Positions 23,923-32,000 of a stretch of 32,000 nucleotides of DNA are shown one piece after another (the first letter of the stretch is position 1; every line of letters begins with the position of its first letter). The notes beneath the pieces are model-generated. The model saw nothing but the letters and a program-made list of their open reading frames with translations. It made no database searches and was not told the DNA's origin. This DNA is from Candidatus Electronema halotolerans (GTDB lineage: Bacteria; Desulfobacterota; Desulfobulbia; Desulfobulbales; Desulfobulbaceae): assembly GCA_942493095.1 (NCBI GenBank), contig OW818675.1, forward strand, positions 2,100,001-2,132,000, in the 5' to 3' direction. Both the position numbers and the translations under genes were made by a program.

Positions 23923-24240
23923 TCAGCCGCATTCCTGCCGCATCCAATCCAAATAACCGGAAAAGCCGTCAGTGATCGGCACCTGAATAATCTCCGGCAC
24001 CTCGTAGGCATGGTTGGCCAGAATCACCTCCTCCACTTTGGCGTGCAGGGCGCGCATGGTCTTGATCAGCACCAGCTTTTCCGCGTCGCGGCAGACTCTG
24101 CCCTGCCAGCGGCAACAGCTCTGCATCGGCATGACCTGCACACAGGCGGCCAGCCGCTGCTCCAGCAGGGCATCAATGATCTGCCTGCCGTTGTCGTCAT
24201 CGGCAAAGGTGGTGATGATGATGCAGCATTCCTCGCTCAT
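23923..24240 (-). CDS. cutA: Divalent-cation tolerance protein CutA
   Basis: 105 aa with AACVQV, CCRWQG and HAYEVPEIIQVPI...GYLDWM, all typical of CutA1. The start overlaps the upstream stop (ATGA). Confidence 0.85.
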   Translation of the reverse strand: MSEECCIIITTFADDDNGRQIIDALLEQRLAACVQVMPMQSCCRWQGRVCRDAEKLVLIKTMRALHAKVEEVILANHAYEVPEIIQVPITDGFSGYLDWMRQECG

Positions 24241-24983
24241 GATCCGCTCCTGACAAATTTTTGCAGGGCCGCCCTGGCCTGCTTTGCTCCGGCCTCGGTC
24301 ATCATCATGGTGATGAGCCGCTCAAGCTGTTCCTGGGCAGGCGGCTTGTCCTGATATTGCTCGGCAATGTTGACGATCAGGTCCGCGTCAGCTAGGACTT
24401 TGAAATTGACCGTCTCCTTCGCTCGCGGCGCATGGTGGTGGCCGATGATGTCGCAGACTTCGTCAATCAGGGCTGACGGAGCGTTGAGGGCGGCGAGCAG
24501 CTCCCGCGCCACAGGCGGCCCTTCGCTGTGCTGGTAGCGGGCGCGGGTGGAATTGAATTTGCGCTCCGCCTCCTTGATGCCGATGTCGTGGAGATAGCCG
24601 CAGGCCATGATCACCATCAGGTCGCTGCCCGGCTCCTCCTTGCCAATGATCTCAGCCTGTTCGGCAACCGCCTCAGCATGACGGATGCGGCGACTGTCAC
24701 TGCCGAAATACTGACGCATGGCCGCCGCGACCTTGTCCTTGAACAGCTCTCCCTTAGCTGCGGCCAGCTCCGGCGGCAGCGAGCCAAGGCACTGCTCCGC
24801 ATAAGGGCAGTAGGAGGCGCAGCCAAAATCCATTTTGGGATTGAGCAGCTTATGGCCGCAGTTCCGGCAGGTGCGCTGGCTGTCATCCTTGAAGAACTCA
24901 ACGGTCTGACCGCAGTGCGGGCAGGTGCTCTCAAAGACCGCCTCGCCGCTCCAGTAGCGGCTGTCCTGTCCTGGGCATTGCAT
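24237..24983 (-). CDS. HD-domain phosphohydrolase with an N-terminal Cys-rich zinc-ribbon region
   Basis: The N-terminus carries CPHCG...CRNCGH...CASYCPYAEQC. The HD motifs are RHAEAV... and GYLHDIG. An AAGGAGA RBS is present. Confidence 0.8.
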   Translation of the reverse strand: MQCPGQDSRYWSGEAVFESTCPHCGQTVEFFKDDSQRTCRNCGHKLLNPKMDFGCASYCPYAEQCLGSLPPELAAAKGELFKDKVAAAMRQYFGSDSRRIRHAEAVAEQAEIIGKEEPGSDLMVIMACGYLHDIGIKEAERKFNSTRARYQHSEGPPVARELLAALNAPSALIDEVCDIIGHHHAPRAKETVNFKVLADADLIVNIAEQYQDKPPAQEQLERLITMMMTEAGAKQARAALQKFVRSGS

Positions 24984-25119
24984 GATGTTCTCCTTGTTTT
25001 TTGGTTGCGACAGTGTTGAGGTGCGGAATCCATTGCGAAGCCGTGGAGGCTAACACCAACTTGCTATCCGAACAGCAAAGTGCTTTTTATCAACACCTCA
25101 CTAACAGAGGCAAGGTCAT

Positions 25120-25896
25120 TTATTCCTTCAGCATAGAAGGAAAATATCTTTCTTGAATTTTAATCCTTGCTTGCTTTTCTACTATTGGCAACTTCATATG
25201 AAGGATTCCGATAAGTTTTGAGTTTGCTAAACCTGCATGGCCTGATTTTATCAGTGATTTAAAAGTTGATCCATCTATTAGACCATTGATTTCTAAATGT
25301 TTTATATAAAAACCAATTTCTCTATTGGAATCCAAGCTGCTATGAGCTATCAAGTGTCGTAAAAGCTTACATTCCGTAATCTCACTTGGAGGAACATTTG
25401 GATTTGTATATTTATCAAAATCGCAACCTGACAATTCAATTATTTGATAAAGTAGTAATATTTTAAAATTTAATTCGTTGCATTCATCCGCCATCAACCA
25501 CAACCTAAGTTGTAGTGCCAATATTGCATCCCATTCTTGTTTTCCTATATAATTAGGAAAAGACTGTTCAGCTCCAATCTTAAAACAAAATTCCTTTTCA
25601 ATTCGTTGCCCAATTATTTCTGCTGCCACTTTTGTAGTAGTTAAAAAGAACCATCTGTCTAACTCTCTCTCAATTTCTTGCTCGTATGAAAGGTCATTGT
25701 ATTTTACGTCAATAATTTCTAAATAAACATTATTATTCTCTGTTGTTACTTTAAAATGATCAGGTAATAATTTTTTAAACTTTTCCAATACAGGCGGAAA
25801 GAACTCTGAACCATCATCTAACTCAAATGACAATAAAAATTTAGCGTTCATCTTGTATTGTAATATAAAATGAGTAGTCTTATCGTCGATTCCCAC
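25120..25896 (-). CDS. Hypothetical protein encoded on a roughly 30% GC islet, with a possible HEPN-like Rx4H motif
   Basis: A long intact ORF lies in a strongly AT-rich segment. No family was recognised. The motif LLRHLIAHSS follows a helical region. The start is uncertain: the GTG at 25896 lies inside a hairpin arm, and ATG 25851 (MNAKFLLSFELDD...) is an alternative. Confidence 0.6.
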   Translation of the reverse strand: MGIDDKTTHFILQYKMNAKFLLSFELDDGSEFFPPVLEKFKKLLPDHFKVTTENNNVYLEIIDVKYNDLSYEQEIERELDRWFFLTTTKVAAEIIGQRIEKEFCFKIGAEQSFPNYIGKQEWDAILALQLRLWLMADECNELNFKILLLYQIIELSGCDFDKYTNPNVPPSEITECKLLRHLIAHSSLDSNREIGFYIKHLEINGLIDGSTFKSLIKSGHAGLANSKLIGILHMKLPIVEKQARIKIQERYFPSMLKE

Positions 25897-25913
25897 TGCT
25901 GAGTGGGAATCGA
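25886..25913. repeat. Perfect 11-bp inverted repeat (tcgattcccac / gtgggaatcga) with a 6-nt loop
   Basis: The arms are 25886-25896 and 25903-25913. The repeat sits between the stop of the flavoprotein gene (25918) and the AT-rich gene, at the GC-content step. Confidence 0.9.
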
Positions 25914-25917
25914 ATTT

Positions 25918-27327
<1,410 letters not shown>

Positions 27328-27369
27328 GATCGTATCTCTGTTTGCGTAAATATTTTGGGGCGCGGTTGC

Positions 27370-27993
27370 TCAGTCTTCCGGCGTGTTCTTCTCAGTCCTG
27401 AATTTTTCCATCTCTTTCTGGAAACAATCCGGGCAATAATTGTGCGAGCAATCCACATCCCAGCAGTTTTTGAAATAGGATTCAATCCGCATCCACGACT
27501 TGCCCTCATCCTGCATTTTGCCGCAGACAGGGCAGACACGGATTGTCCGATACAAATCAGCGACTTCGCTGATATCTTCCATCACTAACAGGGCATGGGG
27601 ATTTCCTTCAAAAGAAAACGGCGAGACCGTGACCAAGGCGAACATTTCCGTCTTGCTGCCTGCCCGACTGATTTCTATTTTTGCCCGGCGGCGGACAACC
27701 CGGTTGCCGAGAAAGGCTTTGACAACGGAACTTCGGATGACGCAGCTCCTGCATTCGGCTGATCTGCCGCAGCCTTCTGGAACGTCTGTTGCGTGAATGC
27801 AATGCAGGACTTCGCCCGCCCTCTGCCGGAGCACCGCCTCGCGGCCAGCCATGATCAACTCGGCGGCAGCGGCGTTGTATTCCTGAATCCGCACATCCCG
27901 GTCAACCACAAAGATCAGCGAGGGCAGCGCGTCAAAGATGGCGCGGAGAAGGGCGCGTTCGTTCAAATTGGCCTGTTCATGGTTGGAGGGCAT
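27370..27993 (-). CDS. PAS-domain sensor protein with Cys-rich insert and C-terminal zinc-ribbon-like motif
   Basis: PAS-like N-terminus (LLRAIFDALPSLIFVVDRDVRIQEYNAAA), then HCIH...GCGRSAECRSC, and a C-terminal CPVCGK...W...SHNYCPDC motif. As far as I recall, this tail recurs in PAS and response-regulator proteins of sulfate-reducer lineages. Confidence 0.7.
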   Translation of the reverse strand: MPSNHEQANLNERALLRAIFDALPSLIFVVDRDVRIQEYNAAAAELIMAGREAVLRQRAGEVLHCIHATDVPEGCGRSAECRSCVIRSSVVKAFLGNRVVRRRAKIEISRAGSKTEMFALVTVSPFSFEGNPHALLVMEDISEVADLYRTIRVCPVCGKMQDEGKSWMRIESYFKNCWDVDCSHNYCPDCFQKEMEKFRTEKNTPED

Positions 27994-28005
27994 ATAGGAA
28001 TTAAA

Positions 28006-28671
28006 TCACTTGGCAGTCAGATGCAACAAGCTGACAATAAATGGTTTTGCTGTGTTGTTTATCCAGAATTGCAGTTTGACATCAAGCCAGTATTGCACCT
28101 CAACAGATATTTCTGGAATGAACAGCATGGCAAAGGCAACGCAGTTCAGGAAGACTGTTATCCAGAAGACAAAACGGAACGATTGTTTTTTTGATTTATG
28201 CCGCAATATCTGCTGGGCAATCAATGCCCCCGGCCAGCCGCAGAAGAGCGAAATCAGATGCAGGGAACTTTCTGGAGTGCGCCAGCTTCCGCTTTTTGCT
28301 GCTGATTTGTCTTTTGCATACATCAGGAATGCAATCAAGCTGCTGAAGATATACAAGCCAAAAATCACGCGAGGAATTTTATTCAGATGAAAGGACGCGA
28401 CCGCAAGAATTGCAAAAAATATTGAGGCAATGACAAATGAGCCAAGGCCACGCCTGCGCCACTGGTCAGCAAATGAAACATCCTCTGCGCAGGGCCGCCC
28501 CTTGCTGTCCGAAGACAACGTATAACGCAGCGATTCATTTATTTCTGGCCGCCGACTACGATGAGTGAATGAGTTTATATGAACAAAGATTTGTCTGCTG
28601 TCATCGCCAGAGTTGATAAAGCCAAAGCCTCGTTCATCATTCCACGAGGTCAAAGTTCCTTGACTGCGCAT
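28006..28671 (-). CDS. Cold-shock-domain / DUF1294 membrane fusion protein
   Basis: The N-terminal CSD is GTLTSWNDERGFGFINSGDD..IFVHINSF. The C-terminus has TM helices with the DUF1294 signature YAKDKSAAKSGSWRTPESSLHLISLFCGWPGALIAQQILRHKSKK. Confidence 0.8.
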   Translation of the reverse strand: MRSQGTLTSWNDERGFGFINSGDDSRQIFVHINSFTHRSRRPEINESLRYTLSSDSKGRPCAEDVSFADQWRRRGLGSFVIASIFFAILAVASFHLNKIPRVIFGLYIFSSLIAFLMYAKDKSAAKSGSWRTPESSLHLISLFCGWPGALIAQQILRHKSKKQSFRFVFWITVFLNCVAFAMLFIPEISVEVQYWLDVKLQFWINNTAKPFIVSLLHLTAK

Positions 28672-28683
28672 GACGTTCCCTGT

Positions 28684-29064
28684 TCATTTTTTGTCCAAGT
28701 AGATAACTCGGTTATCCAATTCAATCCGCAAAAACTTCCTCTTTTGCAATTCGGAAATAATCACCTCCTGATCCTGTTCGGAAATGCCGCCTTGAAACTG
28801 ATACATTGCTTGAATTGAATTCAGCAGAGTTTTCTTTTTTCCAGGCCGCAGCTTGCCAATTCGTTCCATGACATATTCTATGGAATTGCTCTCAGGAGAG
28901 GCAGTGTCTTTGTGATTTTCATCTTTACTGACACCGATTCTGCTCTGCGGATTCTGAAGTTCTTCTTCCTTGCGGGCCAGTTGAATAAGAAATTGAGCAA
29001 GACGGAATTTGTCTCTGTATCCCAAACCTTCAGATGCCTTTGCTATTTCGTTGTATTCGTTCAT
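28684..29064 (-). CDS. Hypothetical 126-aa protein
   Basis: An intact ORF is tightly packed between its neighbours, with gaps of 16 nt and 12 nt. GC is about 40%, and no family was recognised. Confidence 0.55.
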   Translation of the reverse strand: MNEYNEIAKASEGLGYRDKFRLAQFLIQLARKEEELQNPQSRIGVSKDENHKDTASPESNSIEYVMERIGKLRPGKKKTLLNSIQAMYQFQGGISEQDQEVIISELQKRKFLRIELDNRVIYLDKK

Positions 29065-29080
29065 GACTTATTCCTTGCAA

Positions 29081-30457
29081 TCACCTCAGCAGATGCTGAT
29101 TGACAATGGTCACGCCGCTCAACATGGCCCCGACAATGCCGAGATAGCCCTGATCCGTGCCAGCAATGAACAGATTGTTCCACGGCGTTCTGCCGCTCTT
29201 GATTTTCACTGGGCTGCCGTAAACCGCTCCGGCCCGCTTGCCGGTGAAGCGTTCAATTGTGGTCGGCGTGAAGCTGTCTTGAAAAACCGCATTGCGGTTA
29301 TAGTCGCCAAGAATGCGGCTGACAGCGGCTGAGGTCTGCTGCCCGCATTCCTCCTTGAGCCGCAGATATTCTTCCGGCGTGATCTGATGCCAGATGTCAT
29401 AGTTGGCCGCATTGGTCACCCGCACCTGCACCGGGCTGCTGGGCGGCAGGTCTTTGAAATTGCCAGGAAAGCAGATCACGCCCCATGACGGATCAATGGC
29501 CATGACAGGACGGTGATAGACAAGCCGCTCGTTCAAGCTGTAAAAAATGATGGTTTTATTGCTGTGCTGGGGCGGCAGGCGCAGCTCCGGCAGCAGGTAA
29601 ATGGTCTCCATGAAACTCATTCTGCCGGTGTAGCGGCTCTCGTCTATCTGCCAGCCGCTCATCTCGGCAGTGCCGGGAATGCCAGCGGTTGACAGCACCG
29701 ACTTGGCAAACAGCTCTTCGCCGTTTTGCAGGCGGATGCCCCGCACTTGGTCGCCGTGGCTGATGATTTGCGCGACCGGAGCGCGGAAGCGGATTTCACC
29801 GCCAAACTGCTTGTACTGGGCCAGCAGCAGCTCCAGCAAATCCTTGATCGTGCCTGAGGGGCGGAAAAAGCCTTCCAGAAACACGGCCCGGAACATGATG
29901 GCAAACTGGCCCAAGTCCATGTCGTCTTCTTCAGCGTTGCCATAGACCATCAGCGGCAGCAGGAGCATATCCTCTAAAAGCGGCTCCGCCAGACGGTTGC
30001 GCAGGAACTGCCGGGCCGACTGCCACGGTCGTTCGGCAAAAGGATCGTAGGCATCCACCTCTTTGACCAAGGCGCGGAAGCGGTCAACAGTCATTGGGAA
30101 GCGGGCCGCGACCTCCTCACAGAGCAGATTCAGGTCATTGGAAAAACGAAGGCTGCCCTGCGGAAAGATCACCTCGGATTCAAGCTGCTCATGGGTGGTG
30201 AATGCTTTGCGGGAGAGCTGGAGCTGCCGGAAGAGCCGATTCAGCGGCGCGTGCTTGACCTTGGGCAGGGCAAAGTTGGTCATGGCATGAAGACCAGTCT
30301 CCAGCAAATGCCCGTGGCGGAAATAATACGAATTCAGGCCGCCGGGCAGGCTGTGCTGCTCGACAATCAGCGGCTTGAGGCCAAAGCGGGCGGCGCGGAT
30401 GCCAGCAGCCAAGCCAGCCAGGCCGCTGCCGATGATGATAAGCTGGTGATCAGCCAT
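29081..30457 (-). CDS. Phytoene-desaturase-family FAD-dependent oxidoreductase (paralog 2)
   Basis: The dinucleotide-binding motif is LIIIGSGLAGLAAGIRAARFGLKPLIVEQHSLPGG. Length is 458 aa, and the C-terminus reads NNLFIAGTDQ. Confidence 0.85.
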   Translation of the reverse strand: MADHQLIIIGSGLAGLAAGIRAARFGLKPLIVEQHSLPGGLNSYYFRHGHLLETGLHAMTNFALPKVKHAPLNRLFRQLQLSRKAFTTHEQLESEVIFPQGSLRFSNDLNLLCEEVAARFPMTVDRFRALVKEVDAYDPFAERPWQSARQFLRNRLAEPLLEDMLLLPLMVYGNAEEDDMDLGQFAIMFRAVFLEGFFRPSGTIKDLLELLLAQYKQFGGEIRFRAPVAQIISHGDQVRGIRLQNGEELFAKSVLSTAGIPGTAEMSGWQIDESRYTGRMSFMETIYLLPELRLPPQHSNKTIIFYSLNERLVYHRPVMAIDPSWGVICFPGNFKDLPPSSPVQVRVTNAANYDIWHQITPEEYLRLKEECGQQTSAAVSRILGDYNRNAVFQDSFTPTTIERFTGKRAGAVYGSPVKIKSGRTPWNNLFIAGTDQGYLGIVGAMLSGVTIVNQHLLR

Positions 30458-30535
30458 GATAAGAACAGAGGATGCTGAAAGGTGCCGGGCTGTCCTGTTG
30501 CAACAGGACGAAAGACAGTTCAGCCCGGCCTGCGC

Positions 30536-30787
30536 TCAGGCATCCTTGAGTTTGGGTTCAAGGTAGTTGACGCAGCTTGTCAGGGTGGCAAGCTGGGGAT
30601 AATCCTCTTCCGGTATCTGGAGTTTGTGGCGTTTGCGCAGCTCCATGACAATGTCGAGGAAGTCCATTGAATCAAGGTCGAGCTGGTCGCGAAGCGGCTT
30701 GTCCGCGTCGAGATCGTCAAACTCGGCCTCGTCGTCTATATCTTTGATAATTTCAAGGATCAAATCCTTAATGGCATCAGGGGTCAT
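30536..30787 (-). CDS. Acyl carrier protein / phosphopantetheine-binding protein
   Basis: 83 aa and acidic, with the attachment motif DQLDLDSMDFLDIVMEL. Confidence 0.85.
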   Translation of the reverse strand: MTPDAIKDLILEIIKDIDDEAEFDDLDADKPLRDQLDLDSMDFLDIVMELRKRHKLQIPEEDYPQLATLTSCVNYLEPKLKDA

Positions 30788-30813
30788 TCTTGCTCCTCAG
30801 AAAAATGCGTTGT

Positions 30814-30843
30814 TCATTGTTAATCATTGTAATAAATCACAAT
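30814..30843. repeat. Tandem 10-bp direct repeat (tcattgttaa / tcattgtaat) plus ATTGT..ACAAT inverted arms in the ACP upstream region
   Basis: The direct repeats lie at 30814-30823 and 30824-30833. The inverted pentamers lie at 30826-30830 and 30839-30843. The whole element is 27-56 nt upstream of the ACP start codon, so it is operator-like. Confidence 0.45.
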
Positions 30844-30859
30844 ATCCTTTTTGGATAAC

Positions 30860-30897
30860 AAAAAAAAGAAGCGATTGGGTGTAAATTCCTGATCGCT
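30860..30897 (-). terminator. Weak hairpin plus T8 after the deacetylase-family gene
   Basis: A 6-bp stem (30870-30875 with 30892-30897) has a 16-nt loop. On the minus strand it is followed by TC and then eight T (reverse complement of 30860-30867). Confidence 0.3.
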
Positions 30898-30926
30898 GCT
30901 CAAATGGAAGCTGCCGCAGTGCGATT

Positions 30927-31937
30927 TCACATCAGTCCAAGCAGGAAGTTTTTCACACATTCTCCAAGAACATCAGTGTTATAACCACCTTCTTGGCATA
31001 CCAGTGTGGGTATTCCCAGGGCCTGAAACTGTTTGCCGATTGCAAAGTAATCTTCCGTGCCAAGGTTGAATCCCCCTATCGGATCCATTTCATGCGTGTC
31101 AAAACCGGCGGCAATAATAAGGTATGCAGGATTAAAAGTACGAATTTCAGAAAAAATACGATCTAATGCTGCGCTGTATTGTTCCAGTTGCGCACCTTTG
31201 GCTAAAGGCTCATTATAATTTGTTCCGACAGCCTGACCTTTGCCTCTTTCCTCGGCGTAGCCCCAAAAATACGGGTATTCATCATCAGGAGCACCATGAA
31301 CAGAGGCGGTGAATACAGATTTTATCTCATCAAAAAATTCCTGCGTTCCGTTTCCATGATGATAATCTATATCTACTATTGCCACTTTACCTTCAGGCAA
31401 CAGATACTCGGCAGCTGTAGCCACATTGTTGAAGTAGCAATAACCGCCAAACACACGGGGGCCTGCATGATGCCCGGAAGGTCTGCACAGGGCATATACC
31501 GTTTTTTCAAGGCCATCTCGAATCAATTCAGCACCTGTCAAGGCCGTTTCAGCAGAGGCCCGCGCCACTTCATAGGTTTTTCTTTTGATGGGAGTTACCG
31601 CATCAGTGCACCAAATTCCACCCCAGAGCGGTGAATCAGATTTTTTTCTAAGATGGGCGCCCTCGCCGGGAAAAAGATCAGGATAAAACTCCTCTTCATC
31701 GTTTTGCAAAGACAATGCTGTGTTCTTAATATAATCGTGATAGGGATGCAGGCGAGTGATGAATCGTTCTGGAAATGATTTTGCAGTAAGAAATTGAAAC
31801 CGCTCATCTGAACGAAGCACCTTCTTGATGGATTCAACGCGCTTTGGCGTATCTTTCACCTCGTAGGCTTCTGGTCCAAGCTGATACTTCCAATAGGGAT
31901 TATGCAGGCTGTCGTTATACTTTTCAATTACTTTCAT
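30927..31937 (-). CDS. Histone deacetylase / acetylpolyamine amidohydrolase family Zn-hydrolase
   Basis: Motifs RPSGHHA, DIDYHHGNGTQ, GFDTHEMDPIGG and QEGGY. Length is 336 aa. An AAAGGAAG RBS is present, and GC (about 40-45%) is lower than in neighbouring genes. Confidence 0.9.
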   Translation of the reverse strand: MKVIEKYNDSLHNPYWKYQLGPEAYEVKDTPKRVESIKKVLRSDERFQFLTAKSFPERFITRLHPYHDYIKNTALSLQNDEEEFYPDLFPGEGAHLRKKSDSPLWGGIWCTDAVTPIKRKTYEVARASAETALTGAELIRDGLEKTVYALCRPSGHHAGPRVFGGYCYFNNVATAAEYLLPEGKVAIVDIDYHHGNGTQEFFDEIKSVFTASVHGAPDDEYPYFWGYAEERGKGQAVGTNYNEPLAKGAQLEQYSAALDRIFSEIRTFNPAYLIIAAGFDTHEMDPIGGFNLGTEDYFAIGKQFQALGIPTLVCQEGGYNTDVLGECVKNFLLGLM

Positions 31938-32000
31938 GAATTGCTCTTCCTTTGTTTAACAGTTCGATGATTCGTTCTTGCGGAACAGGCGGGCACCAGC

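Noticed and set aside
25060-25088. A plus-strand hairpin (CTTGCT...AGCAAAG) followed by TTTTT at the left edge of the AT-rich islet.
   Set aside because: No plus-strand gene lies upstream to terminate, and on the minus strand it lacks a T-tract. The stem is short and bulged. It is at most a relic, and I noted it only as the approximate islet boundary.

Overview
This is a 32-kb bacterial chromosomal segment, about 55-58% GC, with several sharply lower-GC patches. Gene content and a PAS sensor with a C-terminal Cys motif suggest a Desulfobacterota or deltaproteobacterial-type host, but that is inference only. I recognised no rRNA, tRNA, CRISPR array, transposase or integrase. All family calls come from motif recognition in the supplied translations; no database search was possible.

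Layout:
(1) 1-3.0 kb: the tail of a type I restriction-modification locus, with a partial four-helix-bundle gene, hsdS and hsdM, and a 14-bp tandem repeat at the hsdS stop.
(2) 3-14.3 kb: a housekeeping block with ilvE, a CARDB-like lipoprotein, radA, hisC, and rpsF-rpsR-DUF2232-rplI-dnaB. The dnaB gene carries two different inteins. One sits in the P-loop and has Ala1 plus the Trp/Cys/Thr signature of class 3 inteins. The other is a canonical Cys1 intein with a full LAGLIDADG endonuclease.
(3) 14.3-20 kb: accessory genes. These are an orphan TPR-fused YcaO, a convergent MFS exporter, a secreted papain-family protease with a Cys-rich repeat tail, and a secreted protein with an internal duplication and a structured leader.
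(4) 20.2-25 kb: a translationally coupled DapB-like / B12-radical-SAM / GT2 operon behind a roughly 300-nt leader, then HD-phosphohydrolase plus cutA.
(5) 25-32 kb: a long minus-strand operon with an HDAC-family amidohydrolase, an ACP and two phytoene-desaturase-like flavoproteins. A lower-GC three-gene cassette splits it (unknown 126-aa protein, CSD-DUF1294, PAS/Zn-ribbon), and a roughly 30% GC single-gene islet caps it. The islet protein carries an Rx4H (HEPN-like) motif.

The most promising candidates for undescribed biology are the AT-rich HEPN-like islet, the DapB-like/rSAM/GT2 operon with its leader, the split ACP/desaturase operon with its inserted cassette, and the orphan YcaO-TPR.
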